Shown: piece by piece, positions 14,226 through 25,107 of the stretch
Layout of the letters: each line of letters begins with the position of its first letter
Numbering within the stretch: the stretch's first letter is position 1
IMG/VR virus record: IMGVR_UViG_3300018080_008436
Span: 310,001 to 374,000 of that record
Length of the DNA: 64,000 bases
Reading direction: 5' to 3' (one strand)
Notes under the pieces: generated by a model
The model's input: only the letters and a program-made list of their open reading frames with translations
Told to the model about the DNA's origin: nothing
The model's database searches: none
Position numbers and translations under genes: made by a program

Positions 14226-15344
14226 TTATTCGATGTCTACAAAATTGACAATTGGGTTGTAATCTTCGGGCATATACTCGTCTTCAGCGAGAGCCACTAA
14301 TTTCCTCAAACTGTCCTTAATAACCTTTTTGTCTCGTTCGCCTTTATACTTGCTGACTTCGTTATCCAATTCTTCTAGAGTCTTCTTGATTTCTTCGTCA
14401 TTATAAAAATTCAAATTGTTAATATGCTTGATCATCTTTTTGATTTTTCTGACATGCATCTTATTCACATCTCTGTCATGACGTTGTAGAACTTTGTAAG
14501 TATTATCTGCCAACTCAGCGATTTGATGCCTCAAGAAAGAAACCGTGGAATCTAGGAACGAATCTACTAGTTCTTTCTTTTTGTCTTGATATTCTTGAGC
14601 AACAACTTGCTTCATTTCAAGTTCCAAACGGTGGTCAAGAGCTTTTTGCTCACTGTCTCTTGCAATCTGTTCGGCCTTAGCGATATCACTCTGAATAAAG
14701 GATGGTAACGGGATGGACAGAAATGTAACTTCATACTTGAATGAAGCCACTATTTTTTCTCTGTCGGGGATTTTATCTATGATTCTTGAAGTGAAACTTT
14801 CAGTAAACGATACTGGAGGGGATTTGTCATCATCTGGATACAAACGTTTCCAGACTTCATGAGCCATACCCTCATAGTCTTGTTTTACTTCTTCAATAAT
14901 TGAATCGTATCGCATCCCTATGCTTTTGGCAAGATCTAAGAACTCATCTCGGAGATCATCACTTTCTGCTTTCCAGTTCTTGAAGGCAGAATATGGGACG
15001 AATTTTCCCCAAACAGTGTTGAAGCTATGTGATGTCAGGGTTTGTCTGGCTCGTCTTTCAACTGATGCGATTTCAGCAAGAACACTTGGAGGTAAAAGCT
15101 TCTCATGCCCTAGATCGATATAGTTGAGCATGAAATCTTTGTGATCTGAATTGTTAAAATCAATACCAAGTTCTTCATATTTTAGACGACTAATTGCTCT
15201 CCATCTGGAAAGGGTCAGTTTGACAATGACTCCTTGTTCCATTAAAGCAAGTGCCCAATCGTCCCTGAACTGTTTGATTTCAACTTCCTGTCCATTAATT
15301 TCCATCTTCAGGTTCCTTAGTGCAATTCTTCCTAAAGAACTCAA
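14226..15344 (-). CDS. helical hypothetical protein (DUF3150-like, tentative)
   Basis: 372 aa, LG.EKLLP...W..FVP pattern; start may be the internal MEING. Confidence 0.6.
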   Translation of the reverse strand: MSSLGRIALRNLKMEINGQEVEIKQFRDDWALALMEQGVIVKLTLSRWRAISRLKYEELGIDFNNSDHKDFMLNYIDLGHEKLLPPSVLAEIASVERRARQTLTSHSFNTVWGKFVPYSAFKNWKAESDDLRDEFLDLAKSIGMRYDSIIEEVKQDYEGMAHEVWKRLYPDDDKSPPVSFTESFTSRIIDKIPDREKIVASFKYEVTFLSIPLPSFIQSDIAKAEQIARDSEQKALDHRLELEMKQVVAQEYQDKKKELVDSFLDSTVSFLRHQIAELADNTYKVLQRHDRDVNKMHVRKIKKMIKHINNLNFYNDEEIKKTLEELDNEVSKYKGERDKKVIKDSLRKLVALAEDEYMPEDYNPIVNFVDIE

Positions 15345-16011
15345 CTAATCGTTCTGGACAGAATTGATTTACTGTTGCTCTGGTGTCAATCCCTGGCAAC
15401 CCCGCATATTTCCTAAGGAAATTATACATAAGTCTGTCATCATTGTATTCTTCAGTGTTTCGATAGAGACATGCCGCAGATACTCCATACTTTCTTTTAA
15501 AGATCATACAGTTGTTGTCAACCATCTTGTATGGAGTTTTTGCATCCTCTCCAACACTCTCGAACTCATCAATGCCAATACATTCATATTGGTCGTCTGA
15601 AGTCGTTGTCCAGATCCTTCGTCTGCAAAACCCCCATTCTTTCCCACCAAGGACTTCCATAATGTTGTCAACATGGTCAGCATCCCACATTGCGTCATCA
15701 TCTAGGAAAGTAACCCATTCAGTGTTAGCAATCATCAAGCCAACAGCCCTTAATGCAGATCCAGCGGCCTTCGAGTTGATAAGATTGTCCTTAATCACAA
15801 TACTATTTACAGAATAATTCGCTCCTTCTCGTTCCATGTCATATGGAGACCTAACTTTCCCCGCATCATTTGGGAACAGGAATTCATCTTCTCTCTTATT
15901 GTCCCACAACAGAAGATGTTTTATGGGAATAACCGATTTCTGGTTCTGCACTGATTGCATTGTAAGCTTAAGACTGTCTCTGCCTGTTGTCGGTGTAATT
16001 ACAGTGATCAT
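15295..16011 (-). CDS. glycosyltransferase, GT2/GT-A fold
   Basis: ITVITPT..R, WVTFLDDD, VDNNC, DDR. Confidence 0.8.
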   Translation of the reverse strand: MITVITPTTGRDSLKLTMQSVQNQKSVIPIKHLLLWDNKREDEFLFPNDAGKVRSPYDMEREGANYSVNSIVIKDNLINSKAAGSALRAVGLMIANTEWVTFLDDDAMWDADHVDNIMEVLGGKEWGFCRRRIWTTTSDDQYECIGIDEFESVGEDAKTPYKMVDNNCMIFKRKYGVSAACLYRNTEEYNDDRLMYNFLRKYAGLPGIDTRATVNQFCPERLVEFFRKNCTKEPEDGN

Positions 16012-16844
16012 AGTTGTCCTCCTAAATCAAAACCCGCTTCTGGCAAATCCAGAACGTTTGGCATTTCTGGCATTTCTGACATTTCTGGGTTCATTAACTC
16101 TTGTTGAGGTCCGTTGTCTTCTGGAACGCTCTTTGGCACCTTTTTCTGAACAACAACTTCAAAATTCCAAAGAGCATGAGATTTTTCACCATAATGTCTC
16201 AGAACAATACTGGTGTCTGCGAAAATCTGCCCCCCGATATCTCTCCATCTTTGGCAAAAGCTCCAATCTTCAGAGAGATATTTCTTCTTTTCTCCATCTT
16301 TGAGATGCAAAGTCTGGAGCATTGGGATGTAAAGGCCGTAAATCTTCTTGTCTGACATATTGTCATCGCCATCATAGATTAGGTCTGGGTATGCATCGAT
16401 CATTTTCTCAACTGCGCTTCTGTGCAAGCACCAACATCCGCTAGACATCCAAAGCATTGGAAGTAAGCCCTGATCGAAGTTTGGTTGTCTATTCCTGTCC
16501 ATCGGAACAGATGAACAAATCGTTTCTTCATCATTCTTCAACGCATACAGTCCACCAACAAACTTTGCTTCATGAGAAACAAGTTTGGTAAAAATGTTAT
16601 TGCTGGAGAATTTGTTAATGATTTCTAAGTCAGAATCAATAGAAATGAAATAGTCACACTCCTCATATTCATGCATAAATGCGCTAAGATGTACGTTCCT
16701 GACTCTAGAAATCATTGAGTCGTTTTCACTGTAATAAATCTGTATGTCATGCTCTTTACAACTATGGATGGCGCTATATAAGCTTTGCATCATTTTTAGG
16801 TGAGGTCTGCCCAAGACAGGGACGGATACCAAAATCTTTGCCAT
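16008..16844 (-). CDS. glycosyltransferase-like protein, GT-A fold
   Basis: ISRVRN, FISIDSD, GGLY, LSEDWSFC, L.HYG. Confidence 0.8.
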   Translation of the reverse strand: MAKILVSVPVLGRPHLKMMQSLYSAIHSCKEHDIQIYYSENDSMISRVRNVHLSAFMHEYEECDYFISIDSDLEIINKFSSNNIFTKLVSHEAKFVGGLYALKNDEETICSSVPMDRNRQPNFDQGLLPMLWMSSGCWCLHRSAVEKMIDAYPDLIYDGDDNMSDKKIYGLYIPMLQTLHLKDGEKKKYLSEDWSFCQRWRDIGGQIFADTSIVLRHYGEKSHALWNFEVVVQKKVPKSVPEDNGPQQELMNPEMSEMPEMPNVLDLPEAGFDLGGQL

Positions 16845-17380
16845 TATTGATTCTCCTTGTACTCAATATAATCTAAAGTTTTTTGAAGTAGCTCTTTTGT
16901 ATTATCAAGGTTATTATACACGATGATTTGAGGAGGAGGGGCCATAGCCGCAATCATTTTCTTTTTAGCCTTAATATCGTTCTCATCAATGCATTTTGAC
17001 CCAATCGTACCATAAACAATTCTATGGATACCTTTTTGTAAAATCATCCGAAGGCATCTGTGGCAAGGTTCTCCAGTTACATATATCGTGGAGCTACCCA
17101 AATCAGAATAACTGCCATGATAATTAATCAAACAGTTTTCTTCTGCATGAATCATATACCAGTACTTATCTGGGCGTTTGGATAAATCTTCGTCACTAAA
17201 AGTACCACCTTTTAATGGGCCGTTGTATCCAATTGACAAAAGTCTGTGATCGTAAGAGACTAAGCAGGCTCCATGAACAGTACTTTTATCAACAGATCTT
17301 TGGGCGACAGTAAGTGCCAATGCCATATAGTAATCGTCCCAATTTGGTTTCGTCTCTTCGCCACCTTGCCATTTACCCAT
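16844..17380 (-). CDS. dCMP deaminase (ComEB-like)
   Basis: WDDYYM, GYNG, HAEEN, PCHRC. Confidence 0.9.
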   Translation of the reverse strand: MGKWQGGEETKPNWDDYYMALALTVAQRSVDKSTVHGACLVSYDHRLLSIGYNGPLKGGTFSDEDLSKRPDKYWYMIHAEENCLINYHGSYSDLGSSTIYVTGEPCHRCLRMILQKGIHRIVYGTIGSKCIDENDIKAKKKMIAAMAPPPQIIVYNNLDNTKELLQKTLDYIEYKENQ

Positions 17381-17930
17381 TTTTCAATCTCCCAAACGCT
17401 TCATAGCCTATTTTTTGTACAGTTTGATAATTCTGATTTTCCAAAGCTTCGTTTAATCTTCTATAAGCTTTTGAAACCCATACTTTATGTTTGTGAAAGT
17501 CTTTTCTCAATAACATTCTGCATTGATTTGAGACCAGGATGTTCTCATTTTCAATTTGTCTTTCGAAATTGATCTTTTTCGAAACGTTTTTCATCCCCTG
17601 AAGGATTAAGTCATCCACATCTTTGATGTTATAGTACTTGCAAAGATAGTTGATCGCTTCCATCTGATTTCTTAAACCAAAGAAGTCGATGCAAAAGTGG
17701 ATAATTGTTCCTTTCTTCTGACAGCCAAAACAATGATATAGCCAAACTCCGTCTATGTTATTTACATGGAAGGAAGGTTTAGTCTCGTAATGGTCTGGCA
17801 ATGGACACTCACAAACTGCGCCCATTTCATCTCGGTTCCACTTGAGATCTAATCCAGATTCAGTTTCAATGAATTCTGGAAGATCGCAAGTTTTTACGAG
17901 ATGTTCTCTTAGATACCTTAGATCACTCAT
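17373..17930 (-). CDS. CHC2 zinc-finger protein (DnaG primase Zn-binding domain, no TOPRIM)
   Basis: CPLPDH.E.KPSF...YHCFGC..KG. Confidence 0.8.
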   Translation of the reverse strand: MSDLRYLREHLVKTCDLPEFIETESGLDLKWNRDEMGAVCECPLPDHYETKPSFHVNNIDGVWLYHCFGCQKKGTIIHFCIDFFGLRNQMEAINYLCKYYNIKDVDDLILQGMKNVSKKINFERQIENENILVSNQCRMLLRKDFHKHKVWVSKAYRRLNEALENQNYQTVQKIGYEAFGRLKNG

Positions 17931-19591
17931 TCGATGCCTAGTAGTTCTTCAAGTTCAGAGTCTGCGTCAATGATATCCTGCAATGCTTGTCCTCCATCAG
18001 ATGAAGACTCATCAGGGAAAATAATGTTATCATCGTCATCGTCCCCAAGATAGATCTGATCTTCCAGTTTCTCTTCATTAATCAATTCGTCTTCGCTGAC
18101 ATCACTATTGAATAGAATTTCATCAACTCCTTGGACCTGTCCTGGCTCAAAAACTGGATCTGACACTCTACCAAGACGACCATCGAAATCAAGAACCATC
18201 GTTCTTTTTGATTCATCATCTCTGGCCTTAGTTCCAAAGACAAACATTTTGGTTGGTGGGGAGTCGCTGTTCAAAACAGCACTTAAAGCATTGTCGGCAT
18301 CAGCACTGATCATATTCGAACCTGAAAGGTCTTCAGTATGAACGGCAACATCCGCATCATCTGTGCCTGTTGCTTTGTCAGATTTGTTTCTAATGTCCTT
18401 AGTGGCCGCTTTTTTGATCTGTACAGCAGATATGGTAACATAATCGTTAACTCTTCCATAAGCCTGAAGTCTTGAAGATGTATAAGCATCATCAAGATCA
18501 GGTCTGCCCTGAGTTCTTGTTTCGTTACCAATAACGCCAAGATAGTCAACAATCAAAGTGTCAATCTTTTCGCCTTTGGCTTTCAGTTCGGCCTTAACTT
18601 CTTCGATCTTACTGATAATCTTAGACAATTTGGTTTGCTGAGCCATCTGAATGACGTGGAAGTTAGGTTTAATCTTATCCACAAGGTCCATGGCCGCTTC
18701 TTTCAAACGGAAATAGGACTCATCATTCAAACCTTTCTCCCCTTTTCCACCTACTTTGATTCTATTGTAGTCAGTTAAAGCATGTAGGGCCAAAAGTCTG
18801 GTGAATAATGGGATGGCTTTCTTCTCCATGGAAACATAAACAACATTGTACCCTGCCTTGGCCATATTAAAGCCAATGTTGAACATTAATGTTGTTTTTC
18901 CACCATTAACCATACCGCTAATGATAGTATAGGTCCCATATTCAAATCCATGATAAATGTTATCAATGGCCATCAGACCTGTTGGAATAGTGGGGAGACT
19001 TTCTGGATCTTCTCTTCGTTTTTCGATATACTCTAGAGTATGTTTCATCCCTTCTTCGAAGTCCATTATGAGACTGTATGGATCTGGGTCCATGTTCTCA
19101 ATCTTCAGAAAGGACTCCTGAACCTCTTTTACAAGGTCAACCTGATTGTTGGTAGCCTTAACGATTTTTTCAAGATTCTCGTTAATGATTTTAAATGCTT
19201 GCCACTGGATAAATCTGTTGTTGATGTTAGTCTTCAACAATTCATAATCTTCAAGATCTACATCTCTGTGGTAAACGTCATCCCAATAGATCCTAGCGGC
19301 CCCTTTGTCCTCATCAGTCAGTTCCTTTTTACCATAATGACTCATACCATCCATTATGGACTCCATAGCCGTTCTGGTTAGAACTGCACCATGCTTACCG
19401 TAATACGACTTGATTACCTCAAACAGGAATCTTGGCTGATCATGCCAAAAATGCCCTTCTGGTCCACCTCTAAATCCACAAGACATTGCGTCCATGAGGA
19501 TCTTTTTGTCCTTCAAAAGAAGGCATAGAAATCTTGGCTCTTCTTTAAGAGCTTGGCGCTTCAGCGCCTCGTTTTTAATCCGTTCTATCAT
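17927..19591 (-). CDS. DnaB-like replicative helicase
   Basis: IPTG...D, GMVNGGKT, YVSME, IVDYL, I..DAD motifs. Confidence 0.88.
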   Translation of the reverse strand: MIERIKNEALKRQALKEEPRFLCLLLKDKKILMDAMSCGFRGGPEGHFWHDQPRFLFEVIKSYYGKHGAVLTRTAMESIMDGMSHYGKKELTDEDKGAARIYWDDVYHRDVDLEDYELLKTNINNRFIQWQAFKIINENLEKIVKATNNQVDLVKEVQESFLKIENMDPDPYSLIMDFEEGMKHTLEYIEKRREDPESLPTIPTGLMAIDNIYHGFEYGTYTIISGMVNGGKTTLMFNIGFNMAKAGYNVVYVSMEKKAIPLFTRLLALHALTDYNRIKVGGKGEKGLNDESYFRLKEAAMDLVDKIKPNFHVIQMAQQTKLSKIISKIEEVKAELKAKGEKIDTLIVDYLGVIGNETRTQGRPDLDDAYTSSRLQAYGRVNDYVTISAVQIKKAATKDIRNKSDKATGTDDADVAVHTEDLSGSNMISADADNALSAVLNSDSPPTKMFVFGTKARDDESKRTMVLDFDGRLGRVSDPVFEPGQVQGVDEILFNSDVSEDELINEEKLEDQIYLGDDDDDNIIFPDESSSDGGQALQDIIDADSELEELLGIE

Positions 19592-20289
19592 TTCACCCTA
19601 ACCCTAAATACATTCTCATCATTTCGAATATCTGCATGAGACAACATAGCAAGATATGATCCGCAATGATCCTCCTTGATAGCGTTCTCCTGATTAGTTA
19701 ACTGTCCAGCCAAAGGAACTGTAAAAGTAATAATCGTTGGCTTGGAATAATCGTCGCGATATTCTAACAATTGATCAAAGAAAACCCCCGCATCAGTCAG
19801 ATACATGCTAAATCTTTTGTGATAAAATTCACTCAGAAAAAGTATCTGCTCTTCCTTGACCTTTTTGACTAAGTCATTTCTGTTCTCAAATCCAGCCCCT
19901 TTCAGTGTTTGGAACTGACCCGCAAGATTAGAACAGTTATAGGTGTTGCCATGCTTGTCACATGCGATCATTCTAAATAAGATAGCGAATGCCGCTTTTT
20001 TTCTTGCATGAGAGTCGTGCAGACTTCCACCATCAATAATAACAAATGGTTTTTTGAATAGAACCTTTGGGTTCTTGTAAACGGTCTCAGCAAATTTATT
20101 GACATCCTTATGGTATTTGTCGCACAGCAAGTCCCTAAATTCATCTTGCTTAACTCTGAGGTATTTATCGGGGATACCTGCCCGTTTACCTCTTTGGAGG
20201 ATTGCCCTCGCCTGGACGAACATTCTCCTTCTCTTTTCCATTTCGTCCTGGTAATCTTCTAATGTCTTGTCACCCATCTTATACTCCAC
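19588..20289 (-). CDS. DnaC-like helicase loader with degenerate Walker A
   Basis: RAGIP.KY start, LL.YR....KPTIIT; adjacent to DnaB. Confidence 0.5.
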   Translation of the reverse strand: MEYKMGDKTLEDYQDEMEKRRRMFVQARAILQRGKRAGIPDKYLRVKQDEFRDLLCDKYHKDVNKFAETVYKNPKVLFKKPFVIIDGGSLHDSHARKKAAFAILFRMIACDKHGNTYNCSNLAGQFQTLKGAGFENRNDLVKKVKEEQILFLSEFYHKRFSMYLTDAGVFFDQLLEYRDDYSKPTIITFTVPLAGQLTNQENAIKEDHCGSYLAMLSHADIRNDENVFRVRVK

Positions 20290-21502
20290 AACCTATGTAT
20301 CTGGAATTATAATCACTATATGTCTCCTGAAGAGACTTCAGTGAAGTCTTGTCTTTGCTTTTAGAGTTATGGCCTTTAAGTTTCGATTCTGCAAAGAAAA
20401 GAATCCATGACTTCAGAAATTCTTCGTCATGTCCAGACCCCTTAATCGTATCCAAGATAACCCCCGCATGACGTACTTCCACTCGATATTCATGGAACTG
20501 CGCGTCACCGTATTTTGATTTTACAACACTTCTATAAAACTGGACAAGTGATTTAGAGTCTTTCATCGGCTCTAAAGACTTGAATGTTTCGAATTTTGCT
20601 TCTACGTTTTTCTGGGGAACTCTCTTTCTCTGTTTAGTTTCCTTCACCAGATTGTCATCTTTTGGTGAGAGGTTTGCCTCAAGTTCTTTATGTTCTTCTC
20701 TGGTATTTTTTTTAGGAACCAACTTATTATAAACACCTAATGGCAAACGATCATAAAAATGCTCATCTTCTTCCAAACCTTCATAGGCGTTCATTTTGGA
20801 AATTCTGCTGTTCAGTCCATTTAGATATTCTTTATACCCAACGCTTTCATTCCATCTTTCTAACTTAGCCTGAACATCAGGATGCATTTTCCCAACCATT
20901 CGATCAACGAATTGGCAAAACGATTTGCGAACATCATGGATCGATGACTTATCTCCACTTTCAGAAAGGATTTTGAGCATACTCATGACCATGTTTTTGG
21001 TAGGGGCGATGATTTTTCTGATAGTTTTCGGAGTAACTACTCCTTCAGTATTGTAAAATTTCCATAAACCAATGTCCCTCTCAAGAATGAACATATAGTT
21101 TCTTGGAAAGCCACATTTCCAAACATAGAAAATGTTGTTCTCATCAAGTTCATTGATTCGTTTGACAATATTACCAACATCTTTATTTGCCTCTTTCCCT
21201 TCCATCCTGTATTTCACTGGATGACAGTTCTCCAGAAGCAGAACAGGATTGACAGGTATGTTTGTGTAAATCCTTCTTTCTTCTGACGCATCATAATATT
21301 TTGAATCTTTCTTGTAGTACATTTTATTAGATATGATCTGATCAAAGATGACCAAAGAAAGTTTCGTTAAGGTGGCGGGATATAAGCCAGCGTAACAACT
21401 CAGAAGATTCAAATTACATAGCTTGTAATTATTCTGATGTTCTGTTAGCTTATTTCTCGCTTCGTTTTTCGCTTTTGTAGCCATAGGAGCCTCATCTTGC
21501 AA
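20279..21502 (-). CDS. hypothetical basic protein, possible replication initiator
   Basis: 407 aa; position directly upstream of the loader and helicase. Confidence 0.45.
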   Translation of the reverse strand: MQDEAPMATKAKNEARNKLTEHQNNYKLCNLNLLSCYAGLYPATLTKLSLVIFDQIISNKMYYKKDSKYYDASEERRIYTNIPVNPVLLLENCHPVKYRMEGKEANKDVGNIVKRINELDENNIFYVWKCGFPRNYMFILERDIGLWKFYNTEGVVTPKTIRKIIAPTKNMVMSMLKILSESGDKSSIHDVRKSFCQFVDRMVGKMHPDVQAKLERWNESVGYKEYLNGLNSRISKMNAYEGLEEDEHFYDRLPLGVYNKLVPKKNTREEHKELEANLSPKDDNLVKETKQRKRVPQKNVEAKFETFKSLEPMKDSKSLVQFYRSVVKSKYGDAQFHEYRVEVRHAGVILDTIKGSGHDEEFLKSWILFFAESKLKGHNSKSKDKTSLKSLQETYSDYNSRYIGCGV

Positions 21503-22832
21503 TAATAAGGTACTCTACCCCACGTTCCACATATTTGTGTCCATCATCCAAGTAGTTCTCGAAGAAATGGTTGGCATCAACTTTATTCTTGCCTTTTCTG
21601 TACTGGTAGGTAATCGGAACCTCTATTACTTTTATGTCTGTTTTTCCAGCATTCCTGATGGTCGATGTGATAGTGTCAATATCTGCATATGAAGAGTCAT
21701 TGTAGCTTAAAATCCATGTTTTGAATTTCAGACATAGACTCAATAAATACTCAAACTCGGCCTGATATCCCTTCTTGTTTGAGAACCTTTTTGAACCTTT
21801 CTGTATGTGCTCTAAGTCTTCCAACTTTTCCTCATATAAATATTCTTCCAAGAACCTGTATAAGGTGGAGTAGTCGCTACTAGCCCCACCATAAGGGGGA
21901 TCTAAGTAAATCAGATCTGCATTAATAATCCCCCCTTCTAATAATTCTACAACATCCGAATTGAAAACCAAGCTTTCTCCAGAAGAAAGAACAGAATTAA
22001 ATTTCCCCAACTGTATGTCAATGTCGGTAATTTCCTTCCCTTTGTTCTTGTCATGCTTTAGTCTATGTTCTAGATCCGCAATGGTTTGCCCCTGATAATA
22101 CCTACCGCCAAGGAAGCAATGTCGGTTGATATGATTTTCCATAGCCATCAAAGAAAATGCGCCTTTGTATTTCTCGCACATTTCGTTCATTGCGGCTTCA
22201 AACATAATCTCATTATTGTCATCCCGTCTCTTTCTGGTGGTATCTCTCCATTTCTCGGTCCAGAATGATTTTCCAACTTGATGGGTGGACCTTAATTTCT
22301 TCAGATCTTTGCCATAGACAGAGAAATTACTGTTTGGGATGCTTGCCAAAGTCGCTTTGTTAAGAAGATCAATCCCGCAGTAAAACTTCTGTCCACATAA
22401 TATCTCTACATTCCTTCGATAGCGATCAAGGAATCGACATTCTTTCTCTGTAAAGAACTTGCCTTTATAGTTGTCGAGAACAAACGTTCTGCAACCTTCT
22501 GGTTGGTTTTGGCATAAGAATCGGATGTCGTCTTTGGTAACGGGCATAGTGGCGTTTTCCAAAAGACAAACTGCTGTAATGGACGAAGAAGTTAAAAGAT
22601 CATTGCAGATAACTTTCTTCCCCATAGCTTTGAAAAGAAGAGATACCATAGCGCTCCCGCTGAAAGCATCGAACGCGCTGTCGAATTCAATACCTTCACT
22701 TTCTATGGTATCCCAAATATGTAACAGGAGCCTTCTCTTGCTTCCAACGTAATTACTTGGGAGAGAAGAGATGTTTTTGACAATAGATTTTTTATCCCTG
22801 TCATTCTGCAACACTGCGAAAAAATCATCCAT
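21492..22832 (-). CDS. DNA N6-adenine methyltransferase (D12 class)
   Basis: YVGSKRRL, DAFSGS, ND, IYLDPPY, LSY motifs. Confidence 0.88.
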   Translation of the reverse strand: MDDFFAVLQNDRDKKSIVKNISSLPSNYVGSKRRLLLHIWDTIESEGIEFDSAFDAFSGSAMVSLLFKAMGKKVICNDLLTSSSITAVCLLENATMPVTKDDIRFLCQNQPEGCRTFVLDNYKGKFFTEKECRFLDRYRRNVEILCGQKFYCGIDLLNKATLASIPNSNFSVYGKDLKKLRSTHQVGKSFWTEKWRDTTRKRRDDNNEIMFEAAMNEMCEKYKGAFSLMAMENHINRHCFLGGRYYQGQTIADLEHRLKHDKNKGKEITDIDIQLGKFNSVLSSGESLVFNSDVVELLEGGIINADLIYLDPPYGGASSDYSTLYRFLEEYLYEEKLEDLEHIQKGSKRFSNKKGYQAEFEYLLSLCLKFKTWILSYNDSSYADIDTITSTIRNAGKTDIKVIEVPITYQYRKGKNKVDANHFFENYLDDGHKYVERGVEYLIIAR

Positions 22833-22864
22833 GAAACGCCTCGTAAAATAATGTACTTCATTGT

Positions 22865-22892
22865 ATTATACTCTGGGATCTTGGAAAAACAA
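22865..22892 (-). promoter_or_regulatory. sigma70-type promoter
   Basis: TTGTTT-N16-TATAAT. Confidence 0.55.
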
Positions 22893-22899
22893 GAAAGAC

Positions 22900-24450
22900 T
22901 TAGATATCAAAGATGGTAAAATTCTTACCTGTATCCATGATCTCATCTATTTCCCCCAATATATAGTCATCGCCAGCGGAATTAATGAGATTAAATCTCT
23001 CTTCAGCTTTCAGGAGTTTCTTCACCTTATTATTCTGTTTGGTAAGAAATCTGGCTTTGTGGTTATAAGTAACAACAATAGATTTGTCTCTGGGATTTGC
23101 AGAACCTCTATCTGGTCTGAGAGTCCTGCCAACTCTTTGATAGACTCTGGTTGCAGATGCACCACCTCCAGCAAGCAAAGCGGCATCAAGTGTAGGAATG
23201 TCCAAACCCTCATCTGCAAGAGTAGTTGCAATCATGCACATGATATTTTTATCTCGCAGATCTTGGATACATTGTCTACGTTTTTTCCCTGTCATCTTCC
23301 CAGTTACAAATGGAGTATTTGGGATAAGTTTCTTCAATGCCTCTCCATGATGATAATGCTTAACAAGAATTAACGTACTGAGATCTCTGCTGATAAGATG
23401 ATTGGCTGTCCTGGCTACATGAGCATGAAAAGCATCATTCTTTGTTACACATTTTGAATAAACGGACGAGAATGTTGATGGTACACTATCATGATGAATG
23501 GGATCAAATAATATATATGGAGTGAGAAGATATCCATGGTCAATTAGGTATGATGCGCTAATGTCAACAATCTTCTTGCCAAATAAGCCCTGTAAGACGA
23601 TCTCTGCGTTATCTTCCCTATAAGGGGTAGCCGTACCGCCAAAGCGCCAGTAAGCGTTTGGAGAGGCCCCTATAACGTCTCTACAGATCTTTGAACTGGC
23701 ATGATGACTTTCATCAAGGTATAAGCCCTTTGTGGCTCCTAGAAGCTTTCTAATGGCTTTATTTTTATCATGTGAGAGAATATCGTTGTCATCCCATACA
23801 TCTTCATTATCAAACATATAGTCGCTGATCTTAAAAACGTCCTCTTCATGAAGACTTCTGACCACAGATTGAATCGTACAAACATTTATATCTTTGATAT
23901 CAAAATTTCCTGCACCAATTCTTCCGATTGGAACGTTCAGAGTGGAAGATAGGGTGTCGTAAGCCTGATCAAGCAAATCTCTTGTTAGAACGTAGAACAT
24001 AAATGGAGCAGTTTTGATTTCGCCAATAAGCTGAGACACCATCATAGTTTTTCCGCCACCTGTAGCGACTTTAAGTATCCCTCTAGTTCTACTCAAAGCT
24101 CTGCTAATAGTGAAATCCTGATAGTCTCTTTGTTCAAAACATTTAGGGGGTTGGAATTCAAGGAATGGGATGTTCTTTTCAGGAGCAGACCTAATGTCGT
24201 CCTTTTTATGAGGAATGTTGTATTTATTCAATACATTTATCACTAGAGACAACATTCCCGTAAGGAATGACTGTCCTTTATTTTTGTGATAAAACCTTAT
24301 ACGGCCATCCCATTTCTTATCTTGATAAGATTTAGCGAATGGAGCGGCAGGAGAGAAGTACGAAAGATGTCTATGAAGTTCATCTTGTACGTAGTCTGGT
24401 AAATGTCCCACAATTTTCGAATTTGCATTTCCGATCAGTATTTTTACCAT
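22900..24450 (-). CDS. superfamily 2 helicase (UvsW/ResIII-like)
   Basis: RDYQ, ATGGGKT, DESHH, TATP, EGLDIP, QRVGRTLR. Confidence 0.9.
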   Translation of the reverse strand: MVKILIGNANSKIVGHLPDYVQDELHRHLSYFSPAAPFAKSYQDKKWDGRIRFYHKNKGQSFLTGMLSLVINVLNKYNIPHKKDDIRSAPEKNIPFLEFQPPKCFEQRDYQDFTISRALSRTRGILKVATGGGKTMMVSQLIGEIKTAPFMFYVLTRDLLDQAYDTLSSTLNVPIGRIGAGNFDIKDINVCTIQSVVRSLHEEDVFKISDYMFDNEDVWDDNDILSHDKNKAIRKLLGATKGLYLDESHHASSKICRDVIGASPNAYWRFGGTATPYREDNAEIVLQGLFGKKIVDISASYLIDHGYLLTPYILFDPIHHDSVPSTFSSVYSKCVTKNDAFHAHVARTANHLISRDLSTLILVKHYHHGEALKKLIPNTPFVTGKMTGKKRRQCIQDLRDKNIMCMIATTLADEGLDIPTLDAALLAGGGASATRVYQRVGRTLRPDRGSANPRDKSIVVTYNHKARFLTKQNNKVKKLLKAEERFNLINSAGDDYILGEIDEIMDTGKNFTIFDI

Positions 24451-24463
24451 TGAAAGTCATCTT

Positions 24464-24676
24464 TTATTTATCTATTCTGCAAATTCTACCAACACAATTG
24501 CAACCTGAAGGTTTCTCTTCTGGAGGGTTGTCAACCAAAACAACAACCATAGCCCCTTCGCATTTAGGACAGATTGTTGAGGTGTTGTCTACATGTCCGC
24601 ACATAGCACATTTCTTCATTGAACTGATAACAGTTGGTCTGGTTGGTTCGGAATGTCCTCTTTTAATCATACTCAT
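24464..24676 (-). CDS. small Cys-rich Zn-ribbon protein
   Basis: CAMC..CPKC..C.C...C. Confidence 0.6.
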   Translation of the reverse strand: MSMIKRGHSEPTRPTVISSMKKCAMCGHVDNTSTICPKCEGAMVVVLVDNPPEEKPSGCNCVGRICRIDK

Positions 24677-25107
24677 AGTGAATTTTCCTTTAAAAACTTT
24701 TCCACTATGTTATTATACCCAAGTTTATACATTTCTTCCTCCACAACAGGATCTTTTGTAGGTATTTTACCATCGCTGATGTAATCTGTCAACTCATCCA
24801 GAGATTTCTCAATGGCTTTCTGAAAGTAGACAGTATTCATGATCCCACATTTTTTACAGTAGTATTCAACAGCGATATCACCAAAGTTCCTGGCATTCAG
24901 GCAAACAGATATTTGTCGGACCCCATTCTCTTTGATTCTCTTTCTACAGGTTGGGCATTTTACTAGCGCCCAATCTGGAATCCCCATTCCCTCTGACATT
25001 TTTTGATGGAAATCAAGAAGCCCATCCCTCATGTCCTTCTCTTCATAAAAATTACTTTCCATCTTCCTGTTTTTCGGCCCCGTTTTGAGTTTCTTCAGTT
25101 TCCCCAC
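24673..25107 (-). CDS. Zn-finger hypothetical protein
   Basis: CPTC...CKKC. Confidence 0.65.
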   Translation of the reverse strand: MGKLKKLKTGPKNRKMESNFYEEKDMRDGLLDFHQKMSEGMGIPDWALVKCPTCRKRIKENGVRQISVCLNARNFGDIAVEYYCKKCGIMNTVYFQKAIEKSLDELTDYISDGKIPTKDPVVEEEMYKLGYNNIVEKFLKENSL

